NCBI RefSeq assembly: GCF_036321535.1
Contig: NC_087436.1
Span: 46,874,001 to 46,938,000 of the forward strand
Direction: 5' to 3'
From: Camelus dromedarius
Taxonomy: Eukaryota
DNA: 64,000 nucleotides
Part shown: positions 50,171 through 63,099 of the stretch, one piece after another
Layout: every line of letters begins with the position of its first letter
How positions within the stretch are numbered: position 1 is the stretch's first letter
The notes under the pieces: generated by a model
What the model saw: only the letters and a program-made list of their open reading frames with translations
Databases searched by the model: none
What the model was told of the DNA's origin: nothing
Program-made: the position numbers and the translations under genes

Positions 50171-51051
50171 TCTGACGCACCACATATTTTTTTATCTATT
50201 CTTTAAGTGGAGCCAGGACCAGCTGGGACTCACTGCAAATAAAATTGCAGGGCCCCTTGTTAAAACTTATTCAGAACTTCAAGGCTGTGACATTAAACCA
50301 AGCCTGGGGCCCTCCTAAGGTGGCCCGGAATGGAGCCCTAAGTCCCTGGCGTCACTCTGGTCATGGGTGAGTCAGGAAGGCTCCAACAGTTCTCAGCCTC
50401 TGTGTTAGTCCGAGCCTCTCTGAGCAACATGTTGAAGCAGGGTGGCCCCCTCGCCACATGCTGTAAAATACCTAGCATGGTTTCTGGTCTTCAGCTTCTT
50501 TAACCAGTAAAAAGAAAGACTCCAGCTGAGGTACACAGACGTGAGAAGAGCAATGAAGCTGAATGAGAGACCGGGCTGTGAGGTTTTAAAAACTAATACA
50601 AAACATTGATCTCTCTCCAGAGCTCCTGGGTACAAAACTTAGGGAGGTGCTTGTTCTCAAGGTTGTGCAAGTGCAGGGTGGGGCCCCTGAGACTGGTGCC
50701 TCCGTAAAGTTTAGGCCCTCGGTGTCTGGCTGGCCTCGTCCTGCTCCAGACTCTGGTCAGGGCCATTCTTCAGCCCGTGCTAATCTGAAGACTCTTTGTA
50801 AGATCAGTAGGCAGCAAGTCACCCTAGGCCAGGGCTGCACCAAGGCCTGAAGATTAGAACAGGTCATCTTTGGGGTGGGGGGCACTTTCTGGAATTCAGT
50901 GACACAGAGGAGGCCCTTTGGAGCTGTCCTATTGCCAACTTTGGACAAGTCAGCTTGAGCCAGGTAGGATCTGGGGGCCCCCCAGGTAGCTCTGTTGTGT
51001 TACACGCTGCACATTGCAGTGAACTGCATGGGCTCTGGTCAATCAGAAACA
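49770..51051. repeat. 56-bp inverted repeat pair (49770-49825 / 50996-51051), 50/56 identical
   Basis: TGTTTCTGATTGGCCAGGGCCCACACAGTTCACTGCAACGTGCAGCGTGTACCACA vs reverse complement TGTTTCTGATTGACCAGAGCCCATGCAGTTCACTGCAATGTGCAGCGTGTAACACA. Confidence 0.95.
50214..50348 (-). mobile_element. MER45A-like hAT (Tip100) MITE
   Basis: CAGGACCAGCT...TGCAGGGCCCCTTGTTAAAACTTATTCAGAACTTCAAG...CATTAAACCAAGCCTGGGGCCCTCCTAAG...CCCTG. Confidence 0.75.
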
Positions 51052-52244
51052 GTTCAGCTGACTTACTTGTCTAGGAATTCAGACAGTCAATTGCTGATAT
51101 GAAAACAGCTCCACCTGTGTTAGCTCAGCTTTGTTTCATCAACGCTACATTCATTTCAATCAAATCTCAACAACACACAGGCTCCCACTATTTTATGTGA
51201 AGAGAAATGACATGGTGATTCTGTTGATTCTCTCTTCCTTTCTTTTTTTCATCTCCCTGCCATCTCACCACTCACATTCTCCTACCTCCCTCTTACTTCC
51301 TCTCCCCATCCGTAACGTAGCTTCTACCTGCCCCAGTGACCATTACAAGGCACTGAAGATGGTTTCATTTGTGGCCAAGTAAAAAGCCTCTGCCGGTGCC
51401 ATCAGAGACCTGGCTGGGCACACAGACAACAGTTTCCCAAAGTGCAGACTATCTTCAGAAAGCAGTTTGACCCTGGAACCCTATCTGATTTCATCTTTCT
51501 TCCGTCTGTTGTTTTGTCTGGATTTTTGTTCCCCTTTTGCCTTGAAAAGTGCAGTTATCCCACAGTGACGATTTTCCTGGTAGAGGATGGAAGGGCCGTT
51601 ATTAATTTGTCCTCACGTTAATATACTTCATTTCCTTTCATCTTTATTACCCATCTATATCTTCCTCAGAGGTCTTGTTTACATAAAACAGGACTCTTGG
51701 ATGCAGAAAGTGCTTAATGAGTCTCAGCATAACCACTACAGAGCAAACACGGTACACTCACCCTTTATAATTATGAATCATTTGACAGTATTAAAAAACG
51801 TCTTCAGCAAATGGTGCCAGGCAGCTTCTTTCTAGATTTTTTTTTATTACTATAAAGATCAGCCATAAACTAAATTATGAGCTTGGTCTATGACATTCCG
51901 GCATTAAGCTTTAACAGTAAGGGCATATATCTTGAACTGTGCTCACATTACAGACTTAAATAATTTGGTTCTTATTCTCACAAGTCCCTTCCTCCTTTCC
52001 TTCCTTTCTCCCTCCCCCTTTGCTTCCTTCCTTCCTTCTTTCCTTCCTGTTTTAACCATTTGCAGACAGAGCACTATACACAGAGAAATAACACTTCAAG
52101 AGCATCAGCCCCTCAATCCTATTCACACCCTATTTACTCACCAACGGCTCTCTGCTTCAAGACTGATGTGAAAGCCTGAGTTGCTGACCAGTGGATTTCC
52201 CTCTGAGACTGCATCATGAACAAAGAGTTAGAAGCAAGTAGTTC

Positions 52245-53130
52245 AGTTTTAACAACTAGTTATTGAGGACCTACTATGCACCTGTTATTGTTTTAAGTGT
52301 TGATGAAGAGCAGATGTGGGAGCAATTCATCCTGCCCTGGTGTGATGAGAAAGCCTATGGAGTTCAGGAGACATTTGATCTGGGCTTTGAAGGATGACTA
52401 GGAGTTTGCTAGACAGATAAGGAGGAAGGACATATCAGAAGGAAGGTCCAAGTTAATAAAGACATGGCAATGTGAAAATTACACCAGGGTTTGGGGAAAG
52501 TTGCAACTGGGAGTGAGGGATAGATAGCTTGTGGAGGAACTTACATGTATAGAGTAACAAATTGCTCAGTCACACAGAAGTGATCTCCCTTAGTCTTTGT
52601 GAGTCATAAGCACAGTTCATTGAGAAATTCAAAGATGAATAATGGGGGACAATCCATTCATTCACATGGGCATTTTTTGAATGCCTTCTACATGCATGGC
52701 ATGGAACTAGTGCTAGAGTGGACTAGAAAATGTGGTCTCTGCTCTTCGGGGGCTCACAATCTACCTGAGAACACAAAGGTACATAAGTAACTACAGCTCA
52801 AAGGCAAAGTGAGACAAGGGAGTGATGCCACTAGGAAGGCTTCAAGAAGGGTTGACCGGTGAGAAATACGTGTCTGGAGTACAAGGAATGACACAAAACA
52901 AGGGCAAGAGCTTTCCAGGCAAAAGGACTGACCTGAGCAAAACAAACAGTATGTGAGAGATCAGTCTGTGTTTGGGAGGAGGTGGAGTATAGAGGCTGGC
53001 TTTGAGGAAGATCATGGCGGTGGAGAGATGGGGCTGGGATGAGTTCAGGGGAAGCCTTGAATGTTTTAATGAGACGTCTAGGCTTTATCCAGTAGGATGG
53101 AGGTCAATGAAAGGTTAAGTAACAGCAATA
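52245..53130 (-). mobile_element. Two L2 fragments (~52245-52520, ~52650-53130)
   Basis: 'tattgaggacctactatgc...gatctgggctttgaaggatgactaggagtttgctagacaga'; 'ccattcattcacatgggcattttttgaatgccttctacatgc...gtctctgctcttcgggggctcacaatcta'. Confidence 0.75.
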
Positions 53131-53763
53131 TTATATCAAAAGCATAGTCCAGGCAAATATATTTCATCTGGAGAACCTACTTTTTTTGTTTAGTAATGGC
53201 TACCAAGAATATTGTCTTGAGAGAGATTCTGGTCTCAGTGAGGAAGAAATGGATTCATTCATCTATTCAGTTACATAAGTAGCCTAAAGAGTAGTCTTTC
53301 TATTTGAATAGCAGACAACCTCTGGGAAAACAATGGTTTATAGTCCTTGGGCACATCTCCCTTTTATTCACCTCAGTAAGGTCTCAGGAATAGTGGAGAA
53401 ACACTCATCAGAGACATTTATAAGAAAGCAGTCCTGCCCTAATCAACGCAATGGCAGAACTGAGACATCATTAGTTAATAAGACTGGCCTAGTCCTTTGA
53501 AGTTCAAAAGTACCATAAACACACTACAAATTGTTATTAGTAACCAGTGAAGGAGAGTATCTTTCCAGCAACCAACATGAAAGACCAACTAGTAGGCTTG
53601 AAGGTTCTCCAGGTGGCACTCCCTCCTCCTCAGTCACCACAACTTCTCACAGCGCGGCTTCAGCTGCCGCAGGGGCACCTCTCTTTTCCTGATTATCAGA
53701 GATGTGGGGAATATATATCACCATATCACACATGTAGTTTAAAAAATATACAGACTATTTTGA

Positions 53764-53856
53764 GGGGAAGGTATAGCTCAGTGATAGAACACATGCTTAG
53801 CATACACGAGGTCCTGTTCAATCCCCAGTACCTCCATTAAAAAAATTAAAAAATAC
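53764..53856 (+). mobile_element. Camelid Vic-1-type SINE (short form) with TSD
   Basis: GGGGAAGGTATAGCTCAGTGATAGAACACATGCTTAGCATACACGAGGTCCTGTTCAATCCCCAGTACCTCCA plus A tail; TSD ATACAGACTATTTT (53748-53761) vs ATACAGGCTATTTT (53857-53870). Confidence 0.9.
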
Positions 53857-53859
53857 ATA

Positions 53860-54180
53860 CAGGCTATTTTTAGAGCATTTTTAGGTTCATAGTAAAGCTG
53901 AACAGAAATTACAGAGTTTTCATATACCCTGTCCCCACATATACACATACAGCCTCCCCCACCATCAACATCTCCCACCAGGTGGTACATTTTTCAGAAT
54001 TGATGAACCTACAGTGACACATCATGACCATCCAACGCCCATAGTTTCCATTAGGATTCACTCTTGGTGTTATACACTCTGTGGATTTGACAAATGTATA
54101 ATGACATGCGTCTACCATTACAATATCATACAGTGTAGTTTCATTGCCCCCAATCCCCTGTGCTCTACCTGTCCCTCCCT
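53860..54180 (-). mobile_element. L1MC1-like 3' end
   Basis: 'tttttagagcattttaggttcatagtaaagctgaacagaaattacagag...cagcctcccccaccatcaacatc...gatgaacctacagtgacacatcat...ttcactcttggtgttatacactctgtggatttgacaaatgtataatgacatg'. Confidence 0.85.
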
Positions 54181-54199
54181 CAGGTAAACAAATTTGTGG

Positions 54200-54348
54200 T
54201 TTTAAAAAATATTTTGAGCACTATTATAATTGCTTTCTTTTTTTAATCCTATGTATTTTATGTCTCTAAAAATTCTGAGAAGGGGTCACTGGCTTCATTA
54301 GACTCCCAAAGAGTCTAAGGCAGAAATAAGTTAAAGAGCTTCTCCCTG
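54200..54348 (+). mobile_element. hAT-Charlie MITE end (Charlie4-like)
   Basis: 'aatcctatgtattttatg...ttctgagaaggggtcactggcttcattagactcccaaagagtc...aagttaaagagc'. Subfamily uncertain. Confidence 0.55.
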
Positions 54349-54954
54349 TTCTCACATCCTCGGGGATGGGGTCTCCTCTCTCTTTCTCCTCCAGGACACA
54401 GGCTTTCTTCCTCCATCTTCCCCTTCGTAGACCTCCCATACCTCCTTACTATGAGAAGCAATTTAACTTTGTCCCAGACTCTCTATCTAAACCTGCATAC
54501 TTTATTCTGAGACTGAGGAACTTGTTAGTGATTAGCAAGTGAAAGATTCTCTGATTACCGACACCCACCCTCCTTAAAAGCAGTGGAGAGTGTGCATAAT
54601 ATTTTTTCTTGTCATATGTTCAAATTGAAAACTAGAGCTTTGGTATATGTCCAGAACAGGAGTCAAACATTTTTACACTTCACAAAATTCCACAAAGAGT
54701 GACACGGGGGAACTGCAGTTAAATGGCACCATCTTTCTAGTTTTCTTCCAGGGGTGTTTTTGCACCCTTTGCAGAAAGGCACCTGGAGCTGGTGGCTTGT
54801 CCACCCCTCAGTTCACTTCTGCCTCCATCTGGAGCACCCCTTCCCCATCCTATTGGCCTTGTCCATCTGTCATCGCTTCTAGGAGGTGTTTTCTTCCCTG
54901 ACCCTCCCGGCACCATCTCCTCTGTGTGGGCCCAACACTTATTATACCGTATTA

Positions 54955-56375
54955 TAATTGTTTCATAATAACAGCTAAGATGTATCAAGTATCTACCATG
55001 TGCCAGCCACTCGTTCTCCCACCGTCTCAACAGTGGTTCATTAAATGTTGAGCACGGGCTGCATTCGGACTTTACAAACATGATACTCACACCAACCCTG
55101 ATGATACTGCAATCGTCCCTAGACCACGGATGAGGAACTTGTGGCCCAGAAAGGTCGTATTTCAAAGGTTACACAAACTTGCTCAGCTTGACTTTAAACT
55201 CTGCATCAACATCTAAAATTTGAACACTGACTATTTTATGACATTAAGGGATTATTGTGAACTGTTCTTTTAGGTGTGATAATGGTATTATGATTATTAA
55301 AAAATAAGTCCTTATCTTTTAGAAACAACATTCAGAAATATTTACCAATAAAAAATCAAAAGTCAAGTCGATATGTCATACCAGACCCGAAGTATTCCCT
55401 CAGTGCACCTCCCCCCGGGACACTGCAGTTTAGAAAGAACCAAACTGAGTGGGCAGAGCAGGGTCTTCCCCTAACAAGCTTTGTGATCTTGGGTGAGTCA
55501 CTTCACCCCGTCCCTTCCTTTTATAAATAAGGAGTGGGCACAATGCTTTCCAATGCTCTGCTCAGCAGGGTGATTCTCAAACAAGATGATGATTATCTAC
55601 CTCTGTCTTTCAGGACAGTTCTATAGTTAACAGTGGTTCTTTAATAGGTACAGACTGTAGCCAGATATGATCCAGTCTGTCTGGGATTAGACATAATCTT
55701 AATTAAGAAAATATTCTCTTATTAACCCTTTCTTCAAATGAAATATTACAAAGATTCCTAATTTATAAAGCCTTTCAAGAGAGCTACTCTGATTTAAATG
55801 AGAGCTGAGAACCCCCCTCAGATAGCACCCTCTAAGAACTCACTTGTCTATACTGCCCAGAAACTGTTCTAATGATTTCTGTTTATTTATTAACTCGTTT
55901 AGTTCTCAGACCCATATAAGATGGATACCATTTGAAGATGAGAGCTCTGAGGCCCAGACAGGTTAAGAAACGTGCCCAGTGTCATAAATACAGGAAATGT
56001 CTGAGCTGGGATCTATACTCTTGGCTGTTAAACTGTGTCCCTCTCGATGTGGTTACACATTTATCTCCCATCAAAGTGCTGGCTCCTTGGGAAAGGACAG
56101 GGGGTGTGACTCTACTACTAGTGCCCAGCCTAGTATCTAGTCAAGGAAAGGTGCTCAGTAAACGTGGATAAAAGGATGAAACTTACTGGGCACTTTGCAG
56201 AGGCTAAATCAAAGCTCATTAAATTTTATGGATATGAACTGGTGGGAGAGATCAAGCTAAGTTTTTCATTTTAAAGATGAAAAAACGAAGGCCCTGAAAA
56301 GTTAAGTGATTTGCCCAAGACCAGTTAGTTAGCAGCAGAACCAGAACTAAAACCTAGGTCTCTTGACTAGTAAAT
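54955..56375. mobile_element. Cluster of MIR, L2 and L1ME fragments
   Basis: MIR cores at ~55128 ('gatgaggaacttgtggcccagaaagg'), ~55935 ('gatgagagctctgaggcccagacaggttaag') and ~56270; L1ME 'ttttaggtgtgataatggtattatg' at ~55270; L2 tail at ~56050-56175. Confidence 0.65.
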
Positions 56376-57400
56376 CACTAAAAGAATCAAAATCATCCAG
56401 GAATTAGATTAACAAATGATTCTGTCTTTTTCTGTTTTAAAGCTGTTCTTTTTCTAGTCATGGGACGTTGATGATTAGAGGAGTGGGACAACTTCTGCAT
56501 GGTCACAGTACAGCTGGAGGGGACCCTAAGAGTGGCTTTAGGGGACATTCTTTTGCAGCCAAAATACCCTTAACTGGCACTGGGTGGCAAACTACGAAGT
56601 GTCTACTAGCCAACAGGATCACTAACAACATCGCCTAATTCCCCCACGGTACCTCTTTCCTTCACAGAGCTTGAGCTAGGACACTACAAGCTATAGCCTC
56701 AGCCCCACTCCAGAGCCCCAGACAATCAGGATATAATTAGTCTCAACTCAATATTCAGACGGCTTAAGACAATATGCATGTCTAGTCCTTTTTTAACCTG
56801 GTCCTAGAAACTAGGATTTTTTCTTGTTTTTGAAACCAAATCCTCATGTATAACCCAATTCTGACTGACTCTTGCTTTTCCCTTATTGGGCCTAAGATAT
56901 ACTCTGGATAATCGGCCCTCTGCAAAGTGCAGGACTAGGAAACAGCTGGCTCACACACTGCCATTCCATCCCCACCTCCCTGTCAGCAGACATCACTGAT
57001 TCATCACAGCATCCTTTCCTGCCAAGCTTGGAAGTGGCTTCAGGATTTTTCTCTAGGAAGCCACTGCACTCAAGAGGAAACCTATTTGCCACGAGCTTTT
57101 ATTCCTTTAAGGATCTGTCATTTGCTTCATTCTGGTTATTCTCTCCTGCAGGAACTAGAGGTCTGTCCGTTCCACAGGTCTTGCTACCTGTCAAATGACC
57201 TTTCTGACACTGAGCACTGCCTGCATGCCTGAGATCCATCTCTACAGAAGACAGAGACTGTCCTCCCTTCTCTGAGGGGTGGTTTAGTAGAGGTCATTTG
57301 GGGTCAAAGCCAGAGAGAACACATATCTCATTCAGAATCCAATTAAAGTTAGAGGAGTGCCCGCAGTATAGAAAGAATAAAAAGAAAAAGTACTAACTTA

Positions 57401-57812
57401 CTGGACCTAGAGGTTGTCATATTAAGTGAAGTAAGGCATATAGAGAAAGACAAATATACATCACTTATATGTGGAATCTAAAAAAAGATACAAGTTTTAT
57501 TTACAAACCAGAAACAGACTCACAGACACAGAAAACAAACTGTGGTTACCAAAGGGGAAAGTGGAGGAGGGATAAATTAGGAGTTTGGTATTAACAGATA
57601 CACACTATCATAGATAAAATAGATAAACAACAAGCACCTACTGCATAGCACAAGGAACTATATTAAATTTATTGTAATAAGCTATAATGGAAAAGAATCT
57701 GAAAATATATGTACATATATATGTATGTACATGTATAACTGAATCATTTTGCTGTATATCTGAAACTAACATTGTAAATCAGCTACACTTCAATACAAAA
57801 TAAAATTTTTTA
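57401..57812 (+). mobile_element. Cetartiodactyl L1 3' end with TSD
   Basis: 'tggacctagagg...taagtgaagtaag...cagactcacagacacagaaaacaaact...ggataaattaggagtttgg...'; TSD AAGTACTAACTTA (57388-57400) vs AAGTAGTAACTTA (57814-57826). Confidence 0.92.
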
Positions 57813-58551
57813 GAAGTAGTAACTTATTAAAGCTAGAGAAAGAAATTGAGGAAAACCATAAGCAGAAGTTGGTGACTAGCATGCAGAGAAAGGGAAGTGG
57901 AAAGCAGAGGAGACAGACTAAGATGTAGCAGATCAAGTAAGTGGATGAGTGGTGAGTGGGAGAGAATTATGTAATCCATCACATTTCTTATTATTGCCAG
58001 GAAGCTCAGAGTCAAAGTTACTATCTGATAACAGTAACTCTGATAGCTCTCATAACTAGACTACTTGCTCTAATTCTCACCTCCCTTTAAGGCTGAATTT
58101 TTTTTGTTTGAAAACTATGAAGTATGTCTAAATATGCACACATTATATATGTATTAATTGCTATATTTTCATTTATAATAAGAATGGATCAGTCCCATTT
58201 GGAGACCTCAGCTGAATGCCCACAGGACCTTAGACATCCGTCTGGAAGGAGAAATTTAAAAAGTAGCAGGAAATGAAAGGTGAGAAATCTGTTGATCCTC
58301 CTTTCTCAATAAAGCTCAACAAGTCTTTATAGGGTATTGAATATGTGCTGAGCTCTGAATTGGATGCTGCGAAGGACACAAATTAAAAAGGTGACCCACA
58401 CCCTTTAGGAGATTATCATCTTCTTGGGGAGACTGAACATACAGAAAGGTAATAGTTTATCAAAAACCTCTGGTTCATGATGGGTATGTAGTAAGAAGTA
58501 ACCCTCTGCTGTCTCAAGCCCCTGAGATTTCGTGGCTGCCCATTACACAGC

Positions 58552-58739
58552 CAGTGATTCTCAGAGTGTGGGGTCCAGACCAGCAGCATCAGCCTCCCCC
58601 AAGCATTTGTTAGTGATGCGAATACTCAGGCCCCACTCTGGATGTACCAGATCAGAAACTCTGGGGCGGGGCCCAGGAACCTGTGTTTTTAAACAAACAC
58701 TCCAGGTGATTCTCACGTGCTAACGTTTGGGAAACTCCA
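58552..58739 (+). mobile_element. MER5A hAT-Charlie MITE
   Basis: CAGTGATTCTCAGAGTGTGG...CCAGCAGCATCAGC...CTCAGGCCCCAC...ATCAGAAACTCTGGGGCGGGGCCCAG...CCAGGTGATTCT. Confidence 0.9.
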
Positions 58740-59931
58740 ACTACCATATTCTTTGCCATGGATACCTCCACAGTCCCCCTTTTCCTCCTCCCCTAGCACA
58801 GGACCAGGTTCATGCAACCCTACATACTCCTGAAGAACGGAATTGAAAATGAAGCCAAGTTCTAAACTAATGGTTCCCTTTACAAAAGTTTAGACTCAAA
58901 TATTCAAGCAAAAGACCTTGTTTAAAATGGTATCAGCTCAAGATATGCATCCTGAAAGAGGTGAATTCCAAGAATACAAGTGACCACAATTACTGCTCAT
59001 TTCCTGTGTGAGTTGACTCACCATCCCCCAACCCCTCTACCTTCCCCGAAAACACCTATAGGGAAGACAAAATGATCAACCTCAATTCACAGAGGAAAAC
59101 ACCTAAGCTGAGGACAGTCAAGAACCTTTCCTAAGACCCCCATGGTTTGTGAATGGGAGAGTCGAAACTGAACCCAAAATTGTTTGACCCCAGAGCCTGT
59201 GCGTTCCTCACGCACCTTCATTAATGAAATGAGCTAGTTTCTGAGGGTGCCTGAGAACAAGGGCCCAAGTAGTAAGTCAAGCCCATCATCATATTACCCA
59301 CCCTGCCACCAATTTGTTGGGCATCACTTCATCATTATGCCTTTAGCGTTTTTTTGCTTGAGAAATGAGAGATTCTGCTATTAACCACCCACCTACCTGT
59401 GAGCTGGAATGAACTGAGGTATGTAAAACTTTAGAGAACTGAGGATGTTATAAATAGTACTACTACAAGCAGCAATAAATCAGCTAAAGAATGTAATGTG
59501 CAAGTTGGAACATAAACTGAAATTAAGCCTCATAAATATCAAAAGAACCCAGGGCATGCGGTTCTTTGAATTCTAACAGTAAAATGCTTAACTTAACTTC
59601 TACATGAGCGGGGCACCCAAACAGCCACCTCAGAAAGACATAATTTGATAAGGTTGGGAAGGATAATCATCAGGAACATTTTTAAAAAGGTGGCTAATCT
59701 GTTGTATATTTTTAATGTTTTTTAGAAAAAATTACAGTAGTGAAATTTGACAGTTTACTATATGCCAGGGACAGTTTCTAAGCTCTCTTCATTATTAACT
59801 TATTTACTCTTCACAACAATCCTATGAAGTAAGTTATATTAACATCTCCCATTTTAAAGTCAGGGAAACTGAGGAACAGAGATCACATACCTGATAAGTG
59901 GCAAAGCCAGAATAAGAATTTAGGCAATCTG

Positions 59932-60357
59932 ATAGTCAACAGGCACATGAAAAGATGCTCAACATTACTAATTATTAGAGAAATGAAAATCAAAACTACA
60001 ATGAAGTATCACCTCACACCAGTCAGAATGGCCACCATTAAAAAGTCTACAAATAACAATGCTGGGAGAGTGTGGGGAAAAGGGAACCCTCTTACACTGC
60101 TAGTAGGAATGGAAGTTGGTGCAGCCACTATGGAGAACAGTATGGAGGTTCCTGGGCATATATCTGGAAAAGATGAAAACTCTAATTTGAAAAGATATAT
60201 GCATCCCAATGTTCATAGCAGCGCGATTTACAAGTCACGACATGGAAGCAACCTAAATGTTCACTGACAGATGAATGGATAAAGAAGATGTGGGGTGTGT
60301 GTGTATAGAGAGAGAGTGTATATATATATATGGTGTATATATATATGTGTGTGTGTG

Positions 60358-60391
<34 letters not shown>

Positions 60392-60838
60392 ATAGAATAC
60401 TACTCAGCCATAAAAAAGAATGAGATAATGCCATTTATAGCAACATGGATGGACACAGAGATTATCATACTAAGTGAAGTAAGTCAGAGAGAGAAAGATA
60501 AATATTATATGATACCACTTATATGTGGAATCTTAAAAAAATGTTACAAATGAACTTATTTACAAAACAGAAATAAACTCACAGATCTAGAAAACAAACA
60601 TTGGTTATCAAAGGGGAAAGGTGAGGAGGGATAAATTAGGAGTTTGGAATTAACAGAAACACACTGCTATGTATAAAATAGATGTATCTACAAGGTATAG
60701 CACAGGGAACTATATTCAATATCATGTAATAAGCTATAATGGAAAAGAATCTGAAAAAGAATGTATATATGCATAACGGAATCATTTTGCTGTGTATCTG
60801 AAACTAACACAACATTGTAAATCAACTATACTTCAATA

Positions 60839-60877
<39 letters not shown>

Positions 60878-60905
60878 ATTAAAAAAACGAGACAAATGGG
60901 GAAAA
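59932..60905 (+). mobile_element. Cetartiodactyl L1 (ORF2 C-terminal end plus 3' UTR), 5'-truncated, with TSD
   Basis: ORF 59947 'MKRCSTLLIIREMKIKTTMKYHLTPVRMA' is the L1 ORF2 C-terminus; (TAAA)n tail at ~60839-60878; TSD AAGAATTTAGGCAA at 59914-59927 and 60906-60919. Confidence 0.95.
60295..60390. repeat. Compound (GT)/(GA)/(TA)/(CA) microsatellite inside the L1
   Basis: Read directly; includes the perfect palindrome (GT)6(AT)4(AC)6 at 60347-60378. Confidence 0.95.
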
Positions 60906-61689
60906 AAGAATTTAGGCAACCTGGCTCCACAATGTATGTCTTAACTTCAGTGTTATATACCAATACTTCTATGTTGATAAATTACTGTTTTTTAAATCTC
61001 TTCCTCTTCTCTCATTAGCTTGTTCCCTCTTCTCTGCCTTTTTATCATCATTATCTCTGGCTGGGCTCATTACTCAGAGCTCCAGCAGTAGGTCAGTGAA
61101 CACTGAAATAAACTACAATAGAACAAAGCACCACCACAATGACCACAGCCTTTGTGTCCTTTTCAAACAAGCCATATAGACAAGAATGTTCTTTAAGAAG
61201 GTTCATGTCAAGGAACCTCAAAACCAGCAGTGAGCGTTTTGCCCTGGCACGCAGTGTAACAAAAGGAACACCGGGCACGCACACAGATTGCGATTCTTTG
61301 TACTCAGCGATAACCGTCGCTCTTCTCAACCTCACATGCTTCCTTCCTCTGGCAATTCTCACTCAATTTCTCTTATCTAAAAACTGCCCCAAATTGATGC
61401 CTGCCAGATAACTTTCTCAATGTAATTCCATTTCAAAGTATTTTAGAACTGGTCAAATTCTTAGAAATCAACTAAGTTTGATCCCATGAAGGTCTGAGAA
61501 GTAAGCACCTTGCCCAGCGTAACTCAGTGGGTTAGTGCATAGCACGGCTCTGAACCCCTGACCTGCCTGGGGGCCTGCCTCCCAGGAAGCATCTCTGAAC
61601 CAGAACAGGAAGTGGGAATGTGGGCTCTCCTCTCCAAAAGACCCTACTACTGCGGGTCCCAGCTTCACCACTTTAGATGTGTGACCTGA

Positions 61690-63090
61690 AGAATTATTTA
61701 ATCAGACATTATGATCGGAAAGAGATTGAAATATAGTTACATGCAAAGGGTATATGACTATATACTTAGAAAAGCCAAAGAAATTCAGTAAAAAGCTATT
61801 TACATTCAAAGATAATCTTTTATCTCTACTGTGCATGATAAACAAGCAAAAATTGATAATATTTCTGTATATCAATTACAATGCTTAATTAATTCCTTCT
61901 CAAATATTTACCAAAAATAAAAAAGATTTAGCAAGTGATATGTGCTACTTATATTTTGAGAAATAATTTAATTGATTTGGTAGAAGGAGAAATAGTTCTT
62001 ATTCTAAGTAGAAAAATTAGATCTATAAAGGATGCCTGATTCTTCACACACACACAATATATATATATATATATTTAATGCAATCCCAATCAAAAGCCCA
62101 ATGAGATTTTTACTAGTATTCTGCAAAATTAAAATATAATTCATCTGTAAAAACAGTAGTAGTAAAATATAGTAGAAAGCAAAAATGTGAACAGTGTGTT
62201 AGCTCTAACACAAAACTAGACATACACACTAATGGATCTATACAGGAAGTCTGTTATGTATAAGAACGTAATACATGATATGGAAATTGAAAATATTTTT
62301 ATAAATGGTGTTGTACTGTCTCTTTAGAAATTTGGGGAGAGAAATAAACTTAAGTCTATACCTCACACAAAACCCAAATGAATTCCAGATGCTGTTAAGA
62401 ATTAAAGAAAAAATAAAAACAGAAACTAGTACAAAAGAAGATCTAAGAATCAAATATCAACAGGAATAATAACTTAATAAGTTTGAAAATAGATGAAGTT
62501 TCCCTATGCAAAAACAGCTTTCCTTTAAAAAGATAAACTATAAATATTAAAATAAAAAGGCAAATAGACTAAGAAAAATAATTTCAGTAAAAATAGCAAA
62601 TGGTCATTTTTATATTATCTTGACAATACAAAAAACCTGTTCAAATCAATTTTTGAATAATGTTAAAATACACTGAAATAAAATTACATAAAGAGCTCTC
62701 CCATACAGACAAGAAAATAGTAAGATGATAATAAATAATTAGGCAAAGGACAAAATGCAGCCAATTCTTACAAAAAGAAATACAATTAATAAACAAGACT
62801 ATGGGAAAAAATATTAACATCACTATTAATCAAAGAAATACAAATCAAGGCAACAATTGGGGCACCATTTTCCAACTGTAAAATTAACAAACACTGCTTT
62901 TCAATAAAAATACTTAGTGTTGATGAGGTCATAATGAAATCATACACTCATATATTTTTGGTATCACATCAGAGGAATACAAGTACTTATGCCACAAAAG
63001 TGGAATTCCCTCGTGTAGGAAAAAAAACCTTTTTAAAATAGAAAAATTATAAGCACAAAGGTGTTTACAGCAGTGTTATTCTTTTTTATT
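61690..63090 (+). mobile_element. Ancient L1ME ORF2 remnant
   Basis: 'atatgactatatacttagaaaagcc', 'atttaatgcaatcccaatcaaaagccca', 'ctatacctcacacaaaacccaaatgaattccagatg', 'cactattaatcaaagaaatacaaatcaag'. Confidence 0.75.
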
Positions 63091-63099
63091 AAAAATTTC

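Larger units (their letters stand above)
59740..60955 (-). mobile_element. MIR split by an L1 insertion (MIR at 59740-59930 and 60920-60955)
   Basis: 'tactatgccagggacagtttctaagc...cttcacaacaatcctatgaagta...cccattttaaagtcagggaaactgagg'; resumes as 'ctggctccacaatgtatgtcttaac'. Confidence 0.8.

Noticed and set aside
53975..53988. CTCF-like CCACCAGGTGGTAC, and weaker matches at ~200 and ~53606
   Set aside because: Mismatches at key positions; the best match lies inside an L1MC; no independent support.
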